Virus record (IMG/VR): IMGVR_UViG_3300029305_003110 | Span: 64,001 to 128,000 of that record | Strand: one strand, 5' to 3' | DNA: 64,000 bases | Source of the DNA: a virus | Lineage: Duplodnaviria; Caudoviricetes | Shown here: positions 19,625 to 29,988 of the stretch, in pieces | How the letters are laid out: every line of letters starts with the position of its first letter | Numbering within the stretch: the stretch's first letter is position 1 | Notes under the pieces: generated by a model | Told to the model about the DNA's origin: nothing | Databases searched by the model: none | The model's input: the letters and a program-made list of their open reading frames with translations, nothing else | Position numbers and translations under genes: made by a program

Positions 19625-22600
19625 ATGGATGACAAAAAAGAAATATTTGAATTATTGAATAATAATACCTTCAATTTACAAATATTAAATGAAACTTTAT
19701 TAGAAATTAAGGGTAATTCATATAAAACCTTATATGATGCGCAAAAACATCTTACAGATATTCATAGATTTGATATTCCTATGGATGATTATATCGATAA
19801 AAAGTCTGAAATTATATATAATATCAATTATAATTTTATAGATGATTCCAGGAGAAAACAATTTAGAGAATCTAGATTTTATAAAAATTTAATTTCTCCA
19901 GAAGACATAGCAAATAACCCAGCAGATCATGAGTATGATATAGTAACTTCTAATGGAGTAAAAAAAACAGTTACTAAATTAGGTATATTTACCAATATGC
20001 TATTGTTATTTATTAATGGGCAGATGTACACTAATTTTTTTGTAAGAGCTGACGAAGATAATTTACAATTAGTATTCAAAATAGATTCTCCACCAAAAAT
20101 ATATAAAGTAACAAATCGTCTCAGTCGTTCTGTTGGTACCGGATTTAGTAGAGCTGAATTTGAAAAATTAGTGTATGGTTACGATAAAATTGAATTTTAT
20201 AAAACTAATAAAAAATATTCTAAAGATGACGTTGTAAAAATTTCAACAGAAAATGGTATTGAATATTATAAATGCAGTTCAAACGGGATCATTACAGGTA
20301 AATTTAATGAATATGTTTGGGACCGTATTATACCTAGCAGTAAAATGACATTAATTTCGATACCTAATTGTGCATCATTATACTCTAATCCAAATAGCTT
20401 ACTGTTTGAGAAAGATAATATAAAAACCCAATTTACTTTATATGGTCGTGGTAATATAGGATTAAACTCTGAGAGATTTATTAGATTTAATGATGTGATT
20501 AATAACAAGCGTGACGCACATATATTTATGACAGTAGATGATACTGCATTGTATAAATATGAGTTGATTGGTGATGGTCGAATACAACAGCTATCTACTC
20601 AAACAGAAAATGATGTATCACATTGTTTATTTTTTGATAATCAAACAACTCATTATTATTATTATATTAATAATATTACAGATTATAATAACCACACAGC
20701 ATTAACCCGAACATATTTTACATTAAATAGATTAATGAAAATGCGCATTAGTAGTAATTTGAATTTTTTCTCAATACCTATTAAAGACATGCCTATTCCT
20801 ATAGAAAATATAATGATTTTTACTGATGATTATGGTAGATTATTATTTAATCATGATGTGAAGTTAGAAAAATATTATCCGAATATATATAAGATAAAAC
20901 GTTCTGTTAATGAACCGCGTCGCCCATTATGGGTTTATATATATTATTCAGATGATACTGTATCAATAGGTAATAAGCATGAGAATGAATTAAAGTTATA
21001 TCATAGATTTACTGAAAATATTTTATATAAATATACGAATGATTCTATACCTGATACTATAAAAAATTATAAGCCCATCTATGTTAATTATAGTATATCA
21101 AATTATCAAGGATCAGAATATTATGATAATAATGATCATCTTTCATATAAATTAAATTATTTTAAAGAATTAATTTCACAAAATGGTGATTTTTATAGAA
21201 TTTATTTAGATAAATTAGTTGGATACGTATCCGCATTTGATATTTATGCAACAGATATTGAAAATAGTGATTACGGGTTTGATAAAAGAATAAAAACTCA
21301 TAATCGCGATGAAATTAAATCTACTTCATTGCAAAAAGATTTTAATGAGGACAGATATTTATTTACATTTAGAAATGATGGGGACAGAATAAATACCATA
21401 TTATTTTTAGATAATAAGTTATATTATCCTGATGAAATATATAGCGATGATGAATACACGTATATATACATACCAGCAAATCTTATCAATATAGATACAG
21501 ATCCATCAGTATTACATGTTGAAAATTATCAAGATGTATCTTTTAATAAAAAAATTAATTATATAAGACCTGACGAATACATTCATATTAATATTCCTGA
21601 AGAATTAAAACTTTCAATAAATGATTTATTTATAACCCAAAATGTAGATGGTATAGAAAAATATATAACAAATTCAGAAAATAATACCAAATATAAAATA
21701 TATGTAAAGAATACCGATTCTGATGAGTATATATTAGCTGATGAAACATCATTCTTTAGATATACTGATATATATATTAAATTTGAAGAAGATGCAACAT
21801 TACAAAATTCAGATATTTTTATAAAGGCAAATAAAACCACTATTATGGATAGAAATGTAGGAGATAATAGTTTTATTATAAATCAACCAATAGATAATGA
21901 TGAAAAAAATATTCTTGTATTTAAAAATGGTCAATTAGTCCCACCATCGACGGTTGTGGTCGATTTTAATGAAAATATCGATGGTCCACATACCGTTAGA
22001 ACACTTATGAGAACAGATAACGATGATGAATTTGTTTTATTATATACACCAAACAAATATACTAATGTATTAGAACTGGATTCTATCCCATCAACCGGTA
22101 TTGTTAATTTGGAAGGACGGATAACTAAACCTATAGATTTGAAGTGGCATGATATTTACATTAATGGTGAAAAACTTACGGAGAAAAATATTGATATGCT
22201 GACTCCATATTCATTTATATTGAAAGATATGGATACTTTAAAGTATTTGACAATTTATGAAAAAAATCTAGATTCTGATATTTTGGCTCCTGAATATGAT
22301 TATGACAATATAAATAACACAATTCTAGACCCAAATAATGATTATATAGAATTGCCTGATGCCGAAATTATTGATAATAGTAAGGACATACGCGATGATA
22401 TTACTATAGATATTATAGGCTGTCTTGATAAATATTTATTATCGATGAATTTAATAAATCCCGATAAACAACAAATAACTGATGAAATGATTTCTGAATA
22501 CCCATCATTATTCTTATCAGACGATTATAATATATTTATAAACCCAGATTTGTCAGTTCATAACTTCGCTAAAGATATGCTATTGAATCCAGATGCATAA
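19625..22600 (+). CDS. Large virion structural protein
   Basis: 991 aa with repeated (L/V)F.NG beta motifs (LLFINGQ, LVFKNGQ, IYINGE) and a late-type promoter. Confidence 0.6.
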   Translation: MDDKKEIFELLNNNTFNLQILNETLLEIKGNSYKTLYDAQKHLTDIHRFDIPMDDYIDKKSEIIYNINYNFIDDSRRKQFRESRFYKNLISPEDIANNPADHEYDIVTSNGVKKTVTKLGIFTNMLLLFINGQMYTNFFVRADEDNLQLVFKIDSPPKIYKVTNRLSRSVGTGFSRAEFEKLVYGYDKIEFYKTNKKYSKDDVVKISTENGIEYYKCSSNGIITGKFNEYVWDRIIPSSKMTLISIPNCASLYSNPNSLLFEKDNIKTQFTLYGRGNIGLNSERFIRFNDVINNKRDAHIFMTVDDTALYKYELIGDGRIQQLSTQTENDVSHCLFFDNQTTHYYYYINNITDYNNHTALTRTYFTLNRLMKMRISSNLNFFSIPIKDMPIPIENIMIFTDDYGRLLFNHDVKLEKYYPNIYKIKRSVNEPRRPLWVYIYYSDDTVSIGNKHENELKLYHRFTENILYKYTNDSIPDTIKNYKPIYVNYSISNYQGSEYYDNNDHLSYKLNYFKELISQNGDFYRIYLDKLVGYVSAFDIYATDIENSDYGFDKRIKTHNRDEIKSTSLQKDFNEDRYLFTFRNDGDRINTILFLDNKLYYPDEIYSDDEYTYIYIPANLINIDTDPSVLHVENYQDVSFNKKINYIRPDEYIHINIPEELKLSINDLFITQNVDGIEKYITNSENNTKYKIYVKNTDSDEYILADETSFFRYTDIYIKFEEDATLQNSDIFIKANKTTIMDRNVGDNSFIINQPIDNDEKNILVFKNGQLVPPSTVVVDFNENIDGPHTVRTLMRTDNDDEFVLLYTPNKYTNVLELDSIPSTGIVNLEGRITKPIDLKWHDIYINGEKLTEKNIDMLTPYSFILKDMDTLKYLTIYEKNLDSDILAPEYDYDNINNTILDPNNDYIELPDAEIIDNSKDIRDDITIDIIGCLDKYLLSMNLINPDKQQITDEMISEYPSLFLSDDYNIFINPDLSVHNFAKDMLLNPDA

Positions 22601-22680
22601 GTTAAGTGCATAATTAGGGTTAAACATATTAATAACTAATATATTTATACTTAAAATAAATAAAAAGAAGGTGATATTCA

Positions 22681-23370
22681 ATGAGCGATAATACATCCAT
22701 AGAACAAACATATTCTGGTGAAATTGTTGATAATGGTAATAAAAGATATGGTATATCTGCACTATCTAAACAAAACAAAGACATAGCATATAATGAAGAA
22801 ATTATGGTTCATAAATCTACTGGTGAGATTTTAATAAAAACTCCGGATTCCGATATAATATCATATGGTTATAATTCCCGTTTATATACAAATTTAGAAT
22901 TATTAACTATTAATGCATTTAATAATGGTATTTATGGAAAGATTTATTCAATAACTCCAGATATTATTGATGAAAACGGTTCTACTGTTGGGGAATATGA
23001 TCTGCCTGATGTAATTTCTTTCAATAAAAACATTATTGACAATTGTACACTTAATACATCTATAGATGGATCTTTTAAATTTAAAAAATTTATGATTAAC
23101 ATCGATTTAGATTGTATACTTATAAATACCTATGAATACATAAATAAAAGAATATATCCAAAAGTTATTTTAAAATATAAAGTTCAAAATAATGATATAA
23201 TTGAATATGAAACAACTATCGATGAATTAAATTCACATGTATTCGAAACTTCCCCTACAGGTATTAATAATGATGAGTTGACTTTAGTATCATTAACAAT
23301 TATTAATGATGATTTATCTATTGGTGACTGGCGTTTAATACTAAATAATATTCTTATTATAGTTGATTAG
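22681..23370 (+). CDS. Hypothetical structural protein
   Basis: 229-aa ORF with RBS, late-type promoter at 22623. Confidence 0.55.
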   Translation: MSDNTSIEQTYSGEIVDNGNKRYGISALSKQNKDIAYNEEIMVHKSTGEILIKTPDSDIISYGYNSRLYTNLELLTINAFNNGIYGKIYSITPDIIDENGSTVGEYDLPDVISFNKNIIDNCTLNTSIDGSFKFKKFMINIDLDCILINTYEYINKRIYPKVILKYKVQNNDIIEYETTIDELNSHVFETSPTGINNDELTLVSLTIINDDLSIGDWRLILNNILIIVD

Positions 23371-24025
23371 GGGGTGTTTAGAATTGGCAACAGTAACGCT
23401 ATTAAAAGATTTAAAAAATAGTAATAAAAGTTTATTGGAAATTTTAAATTCATTTATTTTCGGTAATAAAAAAATCGAATTTCATGATAAAAATAAAATA
23501 TATAAAAAGGGTGATTTGATATTATTAGATACCGATGATGGGGTATTAATTAAACAAGCAAAATATGATAGTATGGATGCAGAATATATCGACGAACAAT
23601 GGACTAGTTCTATTATAATGGATTGGTATATAAATACTGGTAATAATTTTGCAATAATATCAAAAAATGAACCAATAGATCGACCCGGAAATGTTTTATG
23701 GTATATTCCAATATCATATCATGATGATATTAATATACCTGAAGTAAATGATGATGATTATACGCACTTGACAACTTTATTTACTCCTAGAGCATTTGCT
23801 ACCGGAGAGTATGAAGAAGGTGAAACTCCAGCGCAATTGGATGAAGGATTATTCTTTGATATTGAATCGTCTGAAATTATTGAAAATTATACATCGGATG
23901 ATATGTATGAAGAACATCCTATAACACCATTAACAGATAACAATCAAGTATCAATTAGTGATGATCCTCCAACTGACAATGAAACAAAACTTTGGGGAGA
24001 TACTGACCTTACTGATAATATATAA
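23363..24025 (+). CDS. Hypothetical structural protein, acidic C-terminus
   Basis: ISKNEP...LWY and ISDDPP...LW tail-protein-like motifs. Start uncertain. Confidence 0.5.
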   Translation: MIRGCLELATVTLLKDLKNSNKSLLEILNSFIFGNKKIEFHDKNKIYKKGDLILLDTDDGVLIKQAKYDSMDAEYIDEQWTSSIIMDWYINTGNNFAIISKNEPIDRPGNVLWYIPISYHDDINIPEVNDDDYTHLTTLFTPRAFATGEYEEGETPAQLDEGLFFDIESSEIIENYTSDDMYEEHPITPLTDNNQVSISDDPPTDNETKLWGDTDLTDNI

Positions 24026-24113
24026 CAATTTATCCTAATACATGTATTATTTCGCATGTATTAGGATATTTTTCAACATTTAGTTAATAAATTAAAAAAG
24101 GAGTGAATTTAAT

Positions 24114-25031
24114 ATGGCAGATATTATAGCTGATCTTTTGATGAAGAATAAAAATTCTGATGGCAGTTATACGATTTTACATCCTATAACAAAAACCAGT
24201 AATGTTAAGACATCATCAGAGATCCAGGTAATGTTACCCGAATCAATGGGTTCATTTAAAGATGGTGATATAATTCAACCAGAAACATCTATCGACGATA
24301 TTATTAAAAAACTTGTACAGGTTCAAATATTACCGACATATACAGAACCAACAGTAACTATTGCTGGAACTGTATCAACTACAGGTAGTTATGAAGCTGG
24401 TACAGAATTAACACCAACATTAACTGCAACATTCACACAGAATGATGCTGGTGCATTAACAAAATTACAGATTTTAAAAAATGGCACAGAAATAGCTAGT
24501 GATACATCTTCTCCATTTGCATATGATGATACATTTACAATTGGTGTTGAGACTGTTAAGTATAAAGCTATTGCAAATTATTCAGATGGTGCTGTTAAAG
24601 ATGATAACTTTGGTACTCCATATCCAGATACCGCAATTAAAGCAGGTAGTAAAACAACATCTGAAATATCTTATACCGGATATAGAACATATTTTTCTAC
24701 ACATGATACTGGTAGCGTTGCTGCTACATCATCAGCAGATGTTCGTGGCTTTGTAACAAAAGGAACTAAAGCTGCTGCTAATGGCGTATCATTTACAATT
24801 TCAGCTAAGGCTGGAGATACTCGAGTATCTTTCGCATACCCATCAACACTTAGAGAAGTTTCTTCTGTTAAGTATGTTGAGGCTGGTAATGATGAATCTA
24901 AATCACTCTTCACAGAGACAAAAGTTAATGTTGAAGGTGCAAATGGCTTTACAGCAACAGAATATAGAGTATATACAATGATAGGTGCTCAGCCTTTCTT
25001 AGCTGATATGACCTTCAGTGTAACAATATAA
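24114..25031 (+). CDS. Putative tail-associated Ig-like/beta-rich protein
   Basis: Thr/Ala/Gly-rich, YTEPTV..YEAGT motif. N-terminal ILHPIT resembles TIFPIN in 6383. Confidence 0.6.
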   Translation: MADIIADLLMKNKNSDGSYTILHPITKTSNVKTSSEIQVMLPESMGSFKDGDIIQPETSIDDIIKKLVQVQILPTYTEPTVTIAGTVSTTGSYEAGTELTPTLTATFTQNDAGALTKLQILKNGTEIASDTSSPFAYDDTFTIGVETVKYKAIANYSDGAVKDDNFGTPYPDTAIKAGSKTTSEISYTGYRTYFSTHDTGSVAATSSADVRGFVTKGTKAAANGVSFTISAKAGDTRVSFAYPSTLREVSSVKYVEAGNDESKSLFTETKVNVEGANGFTATEYRVYTMIGAQPFLADMTFSVTI

Positions 25032-25050
25032 GGAAGGGAGGAACTAAACT

Positions 25051-27669
25051 ATGGCTAATTTACCTTATATTACAGAATTTCCAAATAAAATATTTAGTGC
25101 ATTAAAAATGTATTCTAGGGTTGGAGCATTTCCTCTCGATCCTACAAGCGTAGTTAATACAAAAGCTGACCTTGAAAGCTATATTAACGAAACAGGTTCT
25201 TATGCATATCCTGGTCAGGTAGTATCTGTTGCCAATGGTACTACTGCGGCTGAAAATGGCGTTAAAGACTATTCATTATATGTAATCCGTTCTGATAGAA
25301 GCGTGCAGAAAGTTGGCGGAACAATCGCATTCGAAACACTTACTGCTGCTGAAACATGGGTTGCTGAAAATACTGTAGCGGCTCCTGCCGGTGAAATTAT
25401 TTCTGTTCTCGTTGATGGTGTATATGAATTATACATGATTCAGACAGACAGAAGTCTTAAGAGAGCTAGTTTCGATGCGGCTGATATTCCGGACATTTCT
25501 TGGGATTCATTAACAGGAAAACCAACATCAAGCACAACAGACATCGATAGTTCTGTAACATTCTCAAAGAAATTTACAGAAGGCGATAGACTTTCTTACA
25601 ATGACAAAGAATTAGCATATGTAGAAGATATCACTTGGGCTAATCTCCAGGATATTCCTACAGAATTTGCTCCTTCTGCACATACACATGGTAATGATGA
25701 TATTACAGATTTAGATGCATCTAAGATTACATCAGGTACTATCAGTATCGATAGGTTGCCTCATGGTGCTCTTGAAAGATGCGTTGTTGTTGCTGATGAT
25801 GATGCACGTTTTGCATTAACATCCGATAACGTTCAACTTGGCGACACTATTAAAGTTACAGCTACAGGTAAGATGTACTTTATTGTTAATGCTGAGAAAC
25901 TTGATAGTGAAGAGGGTTATGAAGTATATACTGCTGGTTCTGCTACAAGCGTTCCGTGGAGTGGTGTTACAGGTACGCCAACAACATTAGCTGGTTATGG
26001 AATTACAGATGCTGTTGCTGTTACTGACCTCGTTGAAACTGCTAACGTTAATAACGCTGGTAAAGTTCTTAAAGTAAATGCTGAAGGTAAGCTTGATGCA
26101 TCTATCACAGGCGATGCAGCTACTGTTGGTGGTAAAGCCGCTAGTGCGTTTGCAGAAGCTGTTCATGATCATACAACTGCTGAAGTTGAAGGATTAGATA
26201 CAGAACTTGCTAACATCAAAGCTGGTACATCTATCACAGCTCTTGATGCTTCTAAACTTACAGGCACAATCAATAAGAGCGTATTACCTGCCGAGGCATT
26301 AAATAATCTTGTTAAAGTATCTTCTGATGCTGAACGTCTTGTATTAACATCTGCACAGGTGCAGAATGGCGATACAGTTATTGTAGAAGCTACTGGAAAC
26401 ATGTACTTAGTTGTAGATGATTCCCAGCTTACAACAGAAGCTGGATACCAGATCTATACAGGTTCTGCTACAAGTGTTCCGTGGACTGGAATAACAGGTA
26501 CACCAACAACATTAGCTGGTTATGGTATTACCGATGCTGTTAAATCTGATGAAGTTGTAGAAACTGCTACTGCTAATAAGATTCTTAAACTCAATGCAGA
26601 TGCTAAACTTCCTGCATCTATCACAGGTGATGCTGCTACTGTTGGTGGTAAAGCTGCTGATGCATTCGCAGAAGCTACACATAGCCATGGTGATGCAGAT
26701 ATTACTGATGTCGCTTGGACAAAACTGACAGGTACACCTACAACACTAGAAGGTTATGGTATCACTGATGCTGTTAAATCTGATGAAGTTGTAAATACTG
26801 CTACTGCTGATAAGATTCTTAAACTCAACAGCGAAGCTAAATTTGATGCTGACATCACTGGTGATGCTGATACTGTTGATGGTAAACATGCTTCCGACTT
26901 TGCAGAAGCTGTTCACGGTCACACTATCACTGAAGTTGAAGGCTTAGATACAGAACTTGCTAACATTAAAAACGGTACAGCAATCACAGCTCTTGATGCT
27001 TCTGTTATCACATCAGGTACTATCAGTATCGATAGATTACCTCATGGTGCTCTTGAAAGATGCGTTGTTGTTGCTGATGATGATGCACGTTTAGCTTTAA
27101 CTACTGATTCAGTTCAGACTGGTGATACAGTTAAGGTTACATCTACAGGAAAAATGTACTTCGTTACAGATGATTCCAAACTTAACAGTGAAGATGGATA
27201 CATTGTATATACTGCTGGTTCTGCTACAAGCGTTCCATGGAGCGGTGTTACAGATACACCTACAACCTTAGCTGGTTATGGAATCACAGATGCAATGTCT
27301 GCCGATGCTGACGTTGTTTACAACACTGATGTTGTTGACGTTGCTAATGCTGAAAATGCTGGCAAAGTTATTAAAGTAAATGCTGACGGAAAACTCGATG
27401 CATCTATCACAGGTGCCGCTACAAGCGTTCCGTGGACTGGTATAGAAGGTCGTCCTGAAGCAACTGCTGAAGAAATCGATACCGCTGTTGCCGATGCAAA
27501 ACACGAAAACAGAGAAGTTCTCGATAATCTTGCTGAAGTCGATGGTTCTCTCACTCACAATGACAAAGCTGTTGCATATGTTGAAGATATCAGCAAATTT
27601 ATGCAGGTATCAGCAACAGAACCTACAGATTTACCTGTTGGTGGTTTCTGGTTTGAGGTTATTGAATAA
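25051..27669 (+). CDS. Long tail fibre with internal repeats
   Basis: Four TPTTL(A/E)GYGITDA repeats, HxH motifs, and a duplicated ITSGTISIDRLPHGALERCVVVADDDAR block. Confidence 0.8.
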   Translation: MANLPYITEFPNKIFSALKMYSRVGAFPLDPTSVVNTKADLESYINETGSYAYPGQVVSVANGTTAAENGVKDYSLYVIRSDRSVQKVGGTIAFETLTAAETWVAENTVAAPAGEIISVLVDGVYELYMIQTDRSLKRASFDAADIPDISWDSLTGKPTSSTTDIDSSVTFSKKFTEGDRLSYNDKELAYVEDITWANLQDIPTEFAPSAHTHGNDDITDLDASKITSGTISIDRLPHGALERCVVVADDDARFALTSDNVQLGDTIKVTATGKMYFIVNAEKLDSEEGYEVYTAGSATSVPWSGVTGTPTTLAGYGITDAVAVTDLVETANVNNAGKVLKVNAEGKLDASITGDAATVGGKAASAFAEAVHDHTTAEVEGLDTELANIKAGTSITALDASKLTGTINKSVLPAEALNNLVKVSSDAERLVLTSAQVQNGDTVIVEATGNMYLVVDDSQLTTEAGYQIYTGSATSVPWTGITGTPTTLAGYGITDAVKSDEVVETATANKILKLNADAKLPASITGDAATVGGKAADAFAEATHSHGDADITDVAWTKLTGTPTTLEGYGITDAVKSDEVVNTATADKILKLNSEAKFDADITGDADTVDGKHASDFAEAVHGHTITEVEGLDTELANIKNGTAITALDASVITSGTISIDRLPHGALERCVVVADDDARLALTTDSVQTGDTVKVTSTGKMYFVTDDSKLNSEDGYIVYTAGSATSVPWSGVTDTPTTLAGYGITDAMSADADVVYNTDVVDVANAENAGKVIKVNADGKLDASITGAATSVPWTGIEGRPEATAEEIDTAVADAKHENREVLDNLAEVDGSLTHNDKAVAYVEDISKFMQVSATEPTDLPVGGFWFEVIE

Positions 27670-27696
27670 TATTTAAAAAATAATCAAAAAAAATAA

Positions 27697-27728
27697 TGGG
27701 TATATGGTGATAATCACCATATACCCTA
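27697..27728. terminator. Bidirectional hairpin between fibre gene and ppk1
   Basis: gggtatatggtga/tcaccatataccc stem between convergent genes. Confidence 0.7.
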
Positions 27729-27733
27729 TTTAT

Positions 27734-29857
27734 TTATTTCTTTGTAGACATCATTTTCGGTATGCTCTTAAGTTTATATTTCTCGATAGCTTCTTTCATA
27801 AATAATTTATGAATATCGACGGATTTATCAGAAATAACTTTAGCATACTTACCTTTCTTTGTCATTTCAAAACTATTAAATGAATCCTTATAATACATTG
27901 ATAAAATCTTCATAAGTTTCGATTTTGCTTCAGTATCCTTAACAGGTATTAATAATTCGAATCTCTTATCGAGGTTTCTTGTCAACAAATCTGCACTAGA
28001 AATATATATTTCCGGATTTTTATTATTATGAAAATAATATATTCTGCTATGCTCTAAAAATCTTCCAACTATACTGCGTATTTTAATATTGCTATTTATT
28101 GGCTTGATGGAACATATACCTCGACAGAATATCATTATCTTAACACCTTTCTCAGATGCCTCATATATCTTATCTATCATTTTCTTATCTGAAATAGAAT
28201 TCATTTTGAGAGTAACTATTGCTGTCTTTCCATTTTTAGCATTCTTAATTTCATTATCAATAGATTCGATAATAGTTTTTCTAAGATTATATGGTGAAAA
28301 GTATAATTTATTTATCTTGGTAGTCGGTTCAGAAAAGCCAGATAACATATTGAACACTGTAATCAGATCAATACCTACTTTGTAGTTCGATGTGAAGTAA
28401 GATATGTCAGTATACAGCTTAGCAGTCTTATCATTATAGTTACCGGTCCCAACATGAGAATAAATCTTCAATCCTTTCTTTGATTTTCTAACAACTATTA
28501 TAAATTTACAATGTGTCTTTAACTCTTCATCACCATATATTAAATTACATCCAGACATTTTAAGCTTTTCTATAAGAGAAATATTTCTTTCCTCATCAAA
28601 TCTGGCTTTTAATTCTAATATAACCGCAACCTGTTTTCCATTACGAGCAGCCTGACACAATGCCTCGACAATTGGAGAATCTATTGAAGAAACTCTATAC
28701 AGAGTTTGTTTTATAGATATAACATCCGGGTCATTTGATGCGTGCTCAAGGAACTTAATTATTGGGTCGTATGATTCATATGGATGATGTAATAGTATAT
28801 CTCCACCATCAATAGCAGTGAACATATCGTGTTCACCTATAAGCTCTGATGGATACTGCGGAGAGAACTTATCATACTTTGTCCCGTCTTTATTAGAAGT
28901 AATCTCTTGAAGAGATTTAAAATCGATAGGCTCATCGCTAACATAAACATGCTTCTTATTTAAATCAAAAATCTTTGTTAATAACTTTACCATAGATTTA
29001 GATAAATTACTTGTAACATCCATATATATTGGTCTACTGTATCGTCTTTCCAATAATGTGCTTTTCATTCTATCTGTAATATAAACGTCTTTATCATGAT
29101 TTACTTCTATATCTGCTTCACGAAGAATTTTAATTGTTCCATAGTCCACAATCTTTTTATTATAATATATTCTATCCAAAAATGAATATATTATTTCTTC
29201 TAATAAAACATATTTTTTACGATTATTAGATGTAGGAACCTCGTAAATCCTTACCAATGAGTTGTCTAATGGTATAAATGACACAACCTGATTGTTTGTA
29301 TTCTGTGTATCTTCTAATGAAACAACAATATTTAATTGTTTTGACATAAGATCGGGAAACTCTTTGGTTGTATCGAAGTTAATTGGTGTTAACAAAGGAA
29401 ATATTTTATTATTAAATATATTAGTAATATAACCTTTTTCGCTTTTACTCAAATCATCAAATGTGCATATTTCTATTCCTTGCTTTTTAAGCTTATCTAA
29501 TAGTTTATTATAACATTTGATTTGCAAATCTCTAAACTTCTGTATTGATTTTAACAAAGTCTGATACTCTACTTCAGGACTCATTCCTGATAGTTCTTTT
29601 TCACGAGTCCCTTTAATTAATCTGTTAATGACTGTTGAAAATCTTACCATAATGAATTCGTCTAAATTGGATGTTGTTATAGCTAAAAAGTTTAACCGTT
29701 CTAACAATGGGATATCTTTTCTCATTGTCTGAAACAGTACTCTTTTGTTAAACTCAATCCAACTTAGTTCACGATTAATATATTTCGGATTATTGAAATA
29801 ATTATCATGAATCGAATCCTCAAACTTTTCTAAGATATTACGTTCGTCCTTATTCAT
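27734..29857 (-). CDS. ppk1: Polyphosphate kinase 1
   Basis: YINRELSWIEFNKRVL, SNLDEF.MVR, LHHPYES, ELKARFDEERN, KTHCK, HVGTGNYN, GRFLEHSR, SSAD...RNLDKRFE. Confidence 0.97.
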   Translation of the reverse strand: MNKDERNILEKFEDSIHDNYFNNPKYINRELSWIEFNKRVLFQTMRKDIPLLERLNFLAITTSNLDEFIMVRFSTVINRLIKGTREKELSGMSPEVEYQTLLKSIQKFRDLQIKCYNKLLDKLKKQGIEICTFDDLSKSEKGYITNIFNNKIFPLLTPINFDTTKEFPDLMSKQLNIVVSLEDTQNTNNQVVSFIPLDNSLVRIYEVPTSNNRKKYVLLEEIIYSFLDRIYYNKKIVDYGTIKILREADIEVNHDKDVYITDRMKSTLLERRYSRPIYMDVTSNLSKSMVKLLTKIFDLNKKHVYVSDEPIDFKSLQEITSNKDGTKYDKFSPQYPSELIGEHDMFTAIDGGDILLHHPYESYDPIIKFLEHASNDPDVISIKQTLYRVSSIDSPIVEALCQAARNGKQVAVILELKARFDEERNISLIEKLKMSGCNLIYGDEELKTHCKFIIVVRKSKKGLKIYSHVGTGNYNDKTAKLYTDISYFTSNYKVGIDLITVFNMLSGFSEPTTKINKLYFSPYNLRKTIIESIDNEIKNAKNGKTAIVTLKMNSISDKKMIDKIYEASEKGVKIMIFCRGICSIKPINSNIKIRSIVGRFLEHSRIYYFHNNKNPEIYISSADLLTRNLDKRFELLIPVKDTEAKSKLMKILSMYYKDSFNSFEMTKKGKYAKVISDKSVDIHKLFMKEAIEKYKLKSIPKMMSTKK

Positions 29858-29917
29858 TTTTTTTTCTCTCCTTATTAATATTAAAATATCATTAAGATTT
29901 ATTTTTTGTATACACTT

Positions 29918-29927
29918 ATAATATATA
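29918..29927 (-). promoter_or_regulatory. Early-type promoter motif TATATATTAT (representative copy)
   Basis: Identical 10-mer upstream of, and oriented with, transcription units at 39290-39299(-), 50564-50573(-), 53819-53828(-) and 57078-57087(+), also at 5329-5338(-). Resembles phiKZ-type early TATATTA(C/T). Confidence 0.6.
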
Positions 29928-29988
29928 TTCGATATTAATACTGAAAAATATGAGAAGAATATATTTTGAATATATTCTTCTCATATCA

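Noticed and set aside
27734-29857. Host chromosomal contamination (ppk1, tmk, thyX, rpoB/rpoC)
   Set aside because: These genes are embedded among phage genes and share the phage promoter motifs and composition. The RNAP genes are split and highly divergent.
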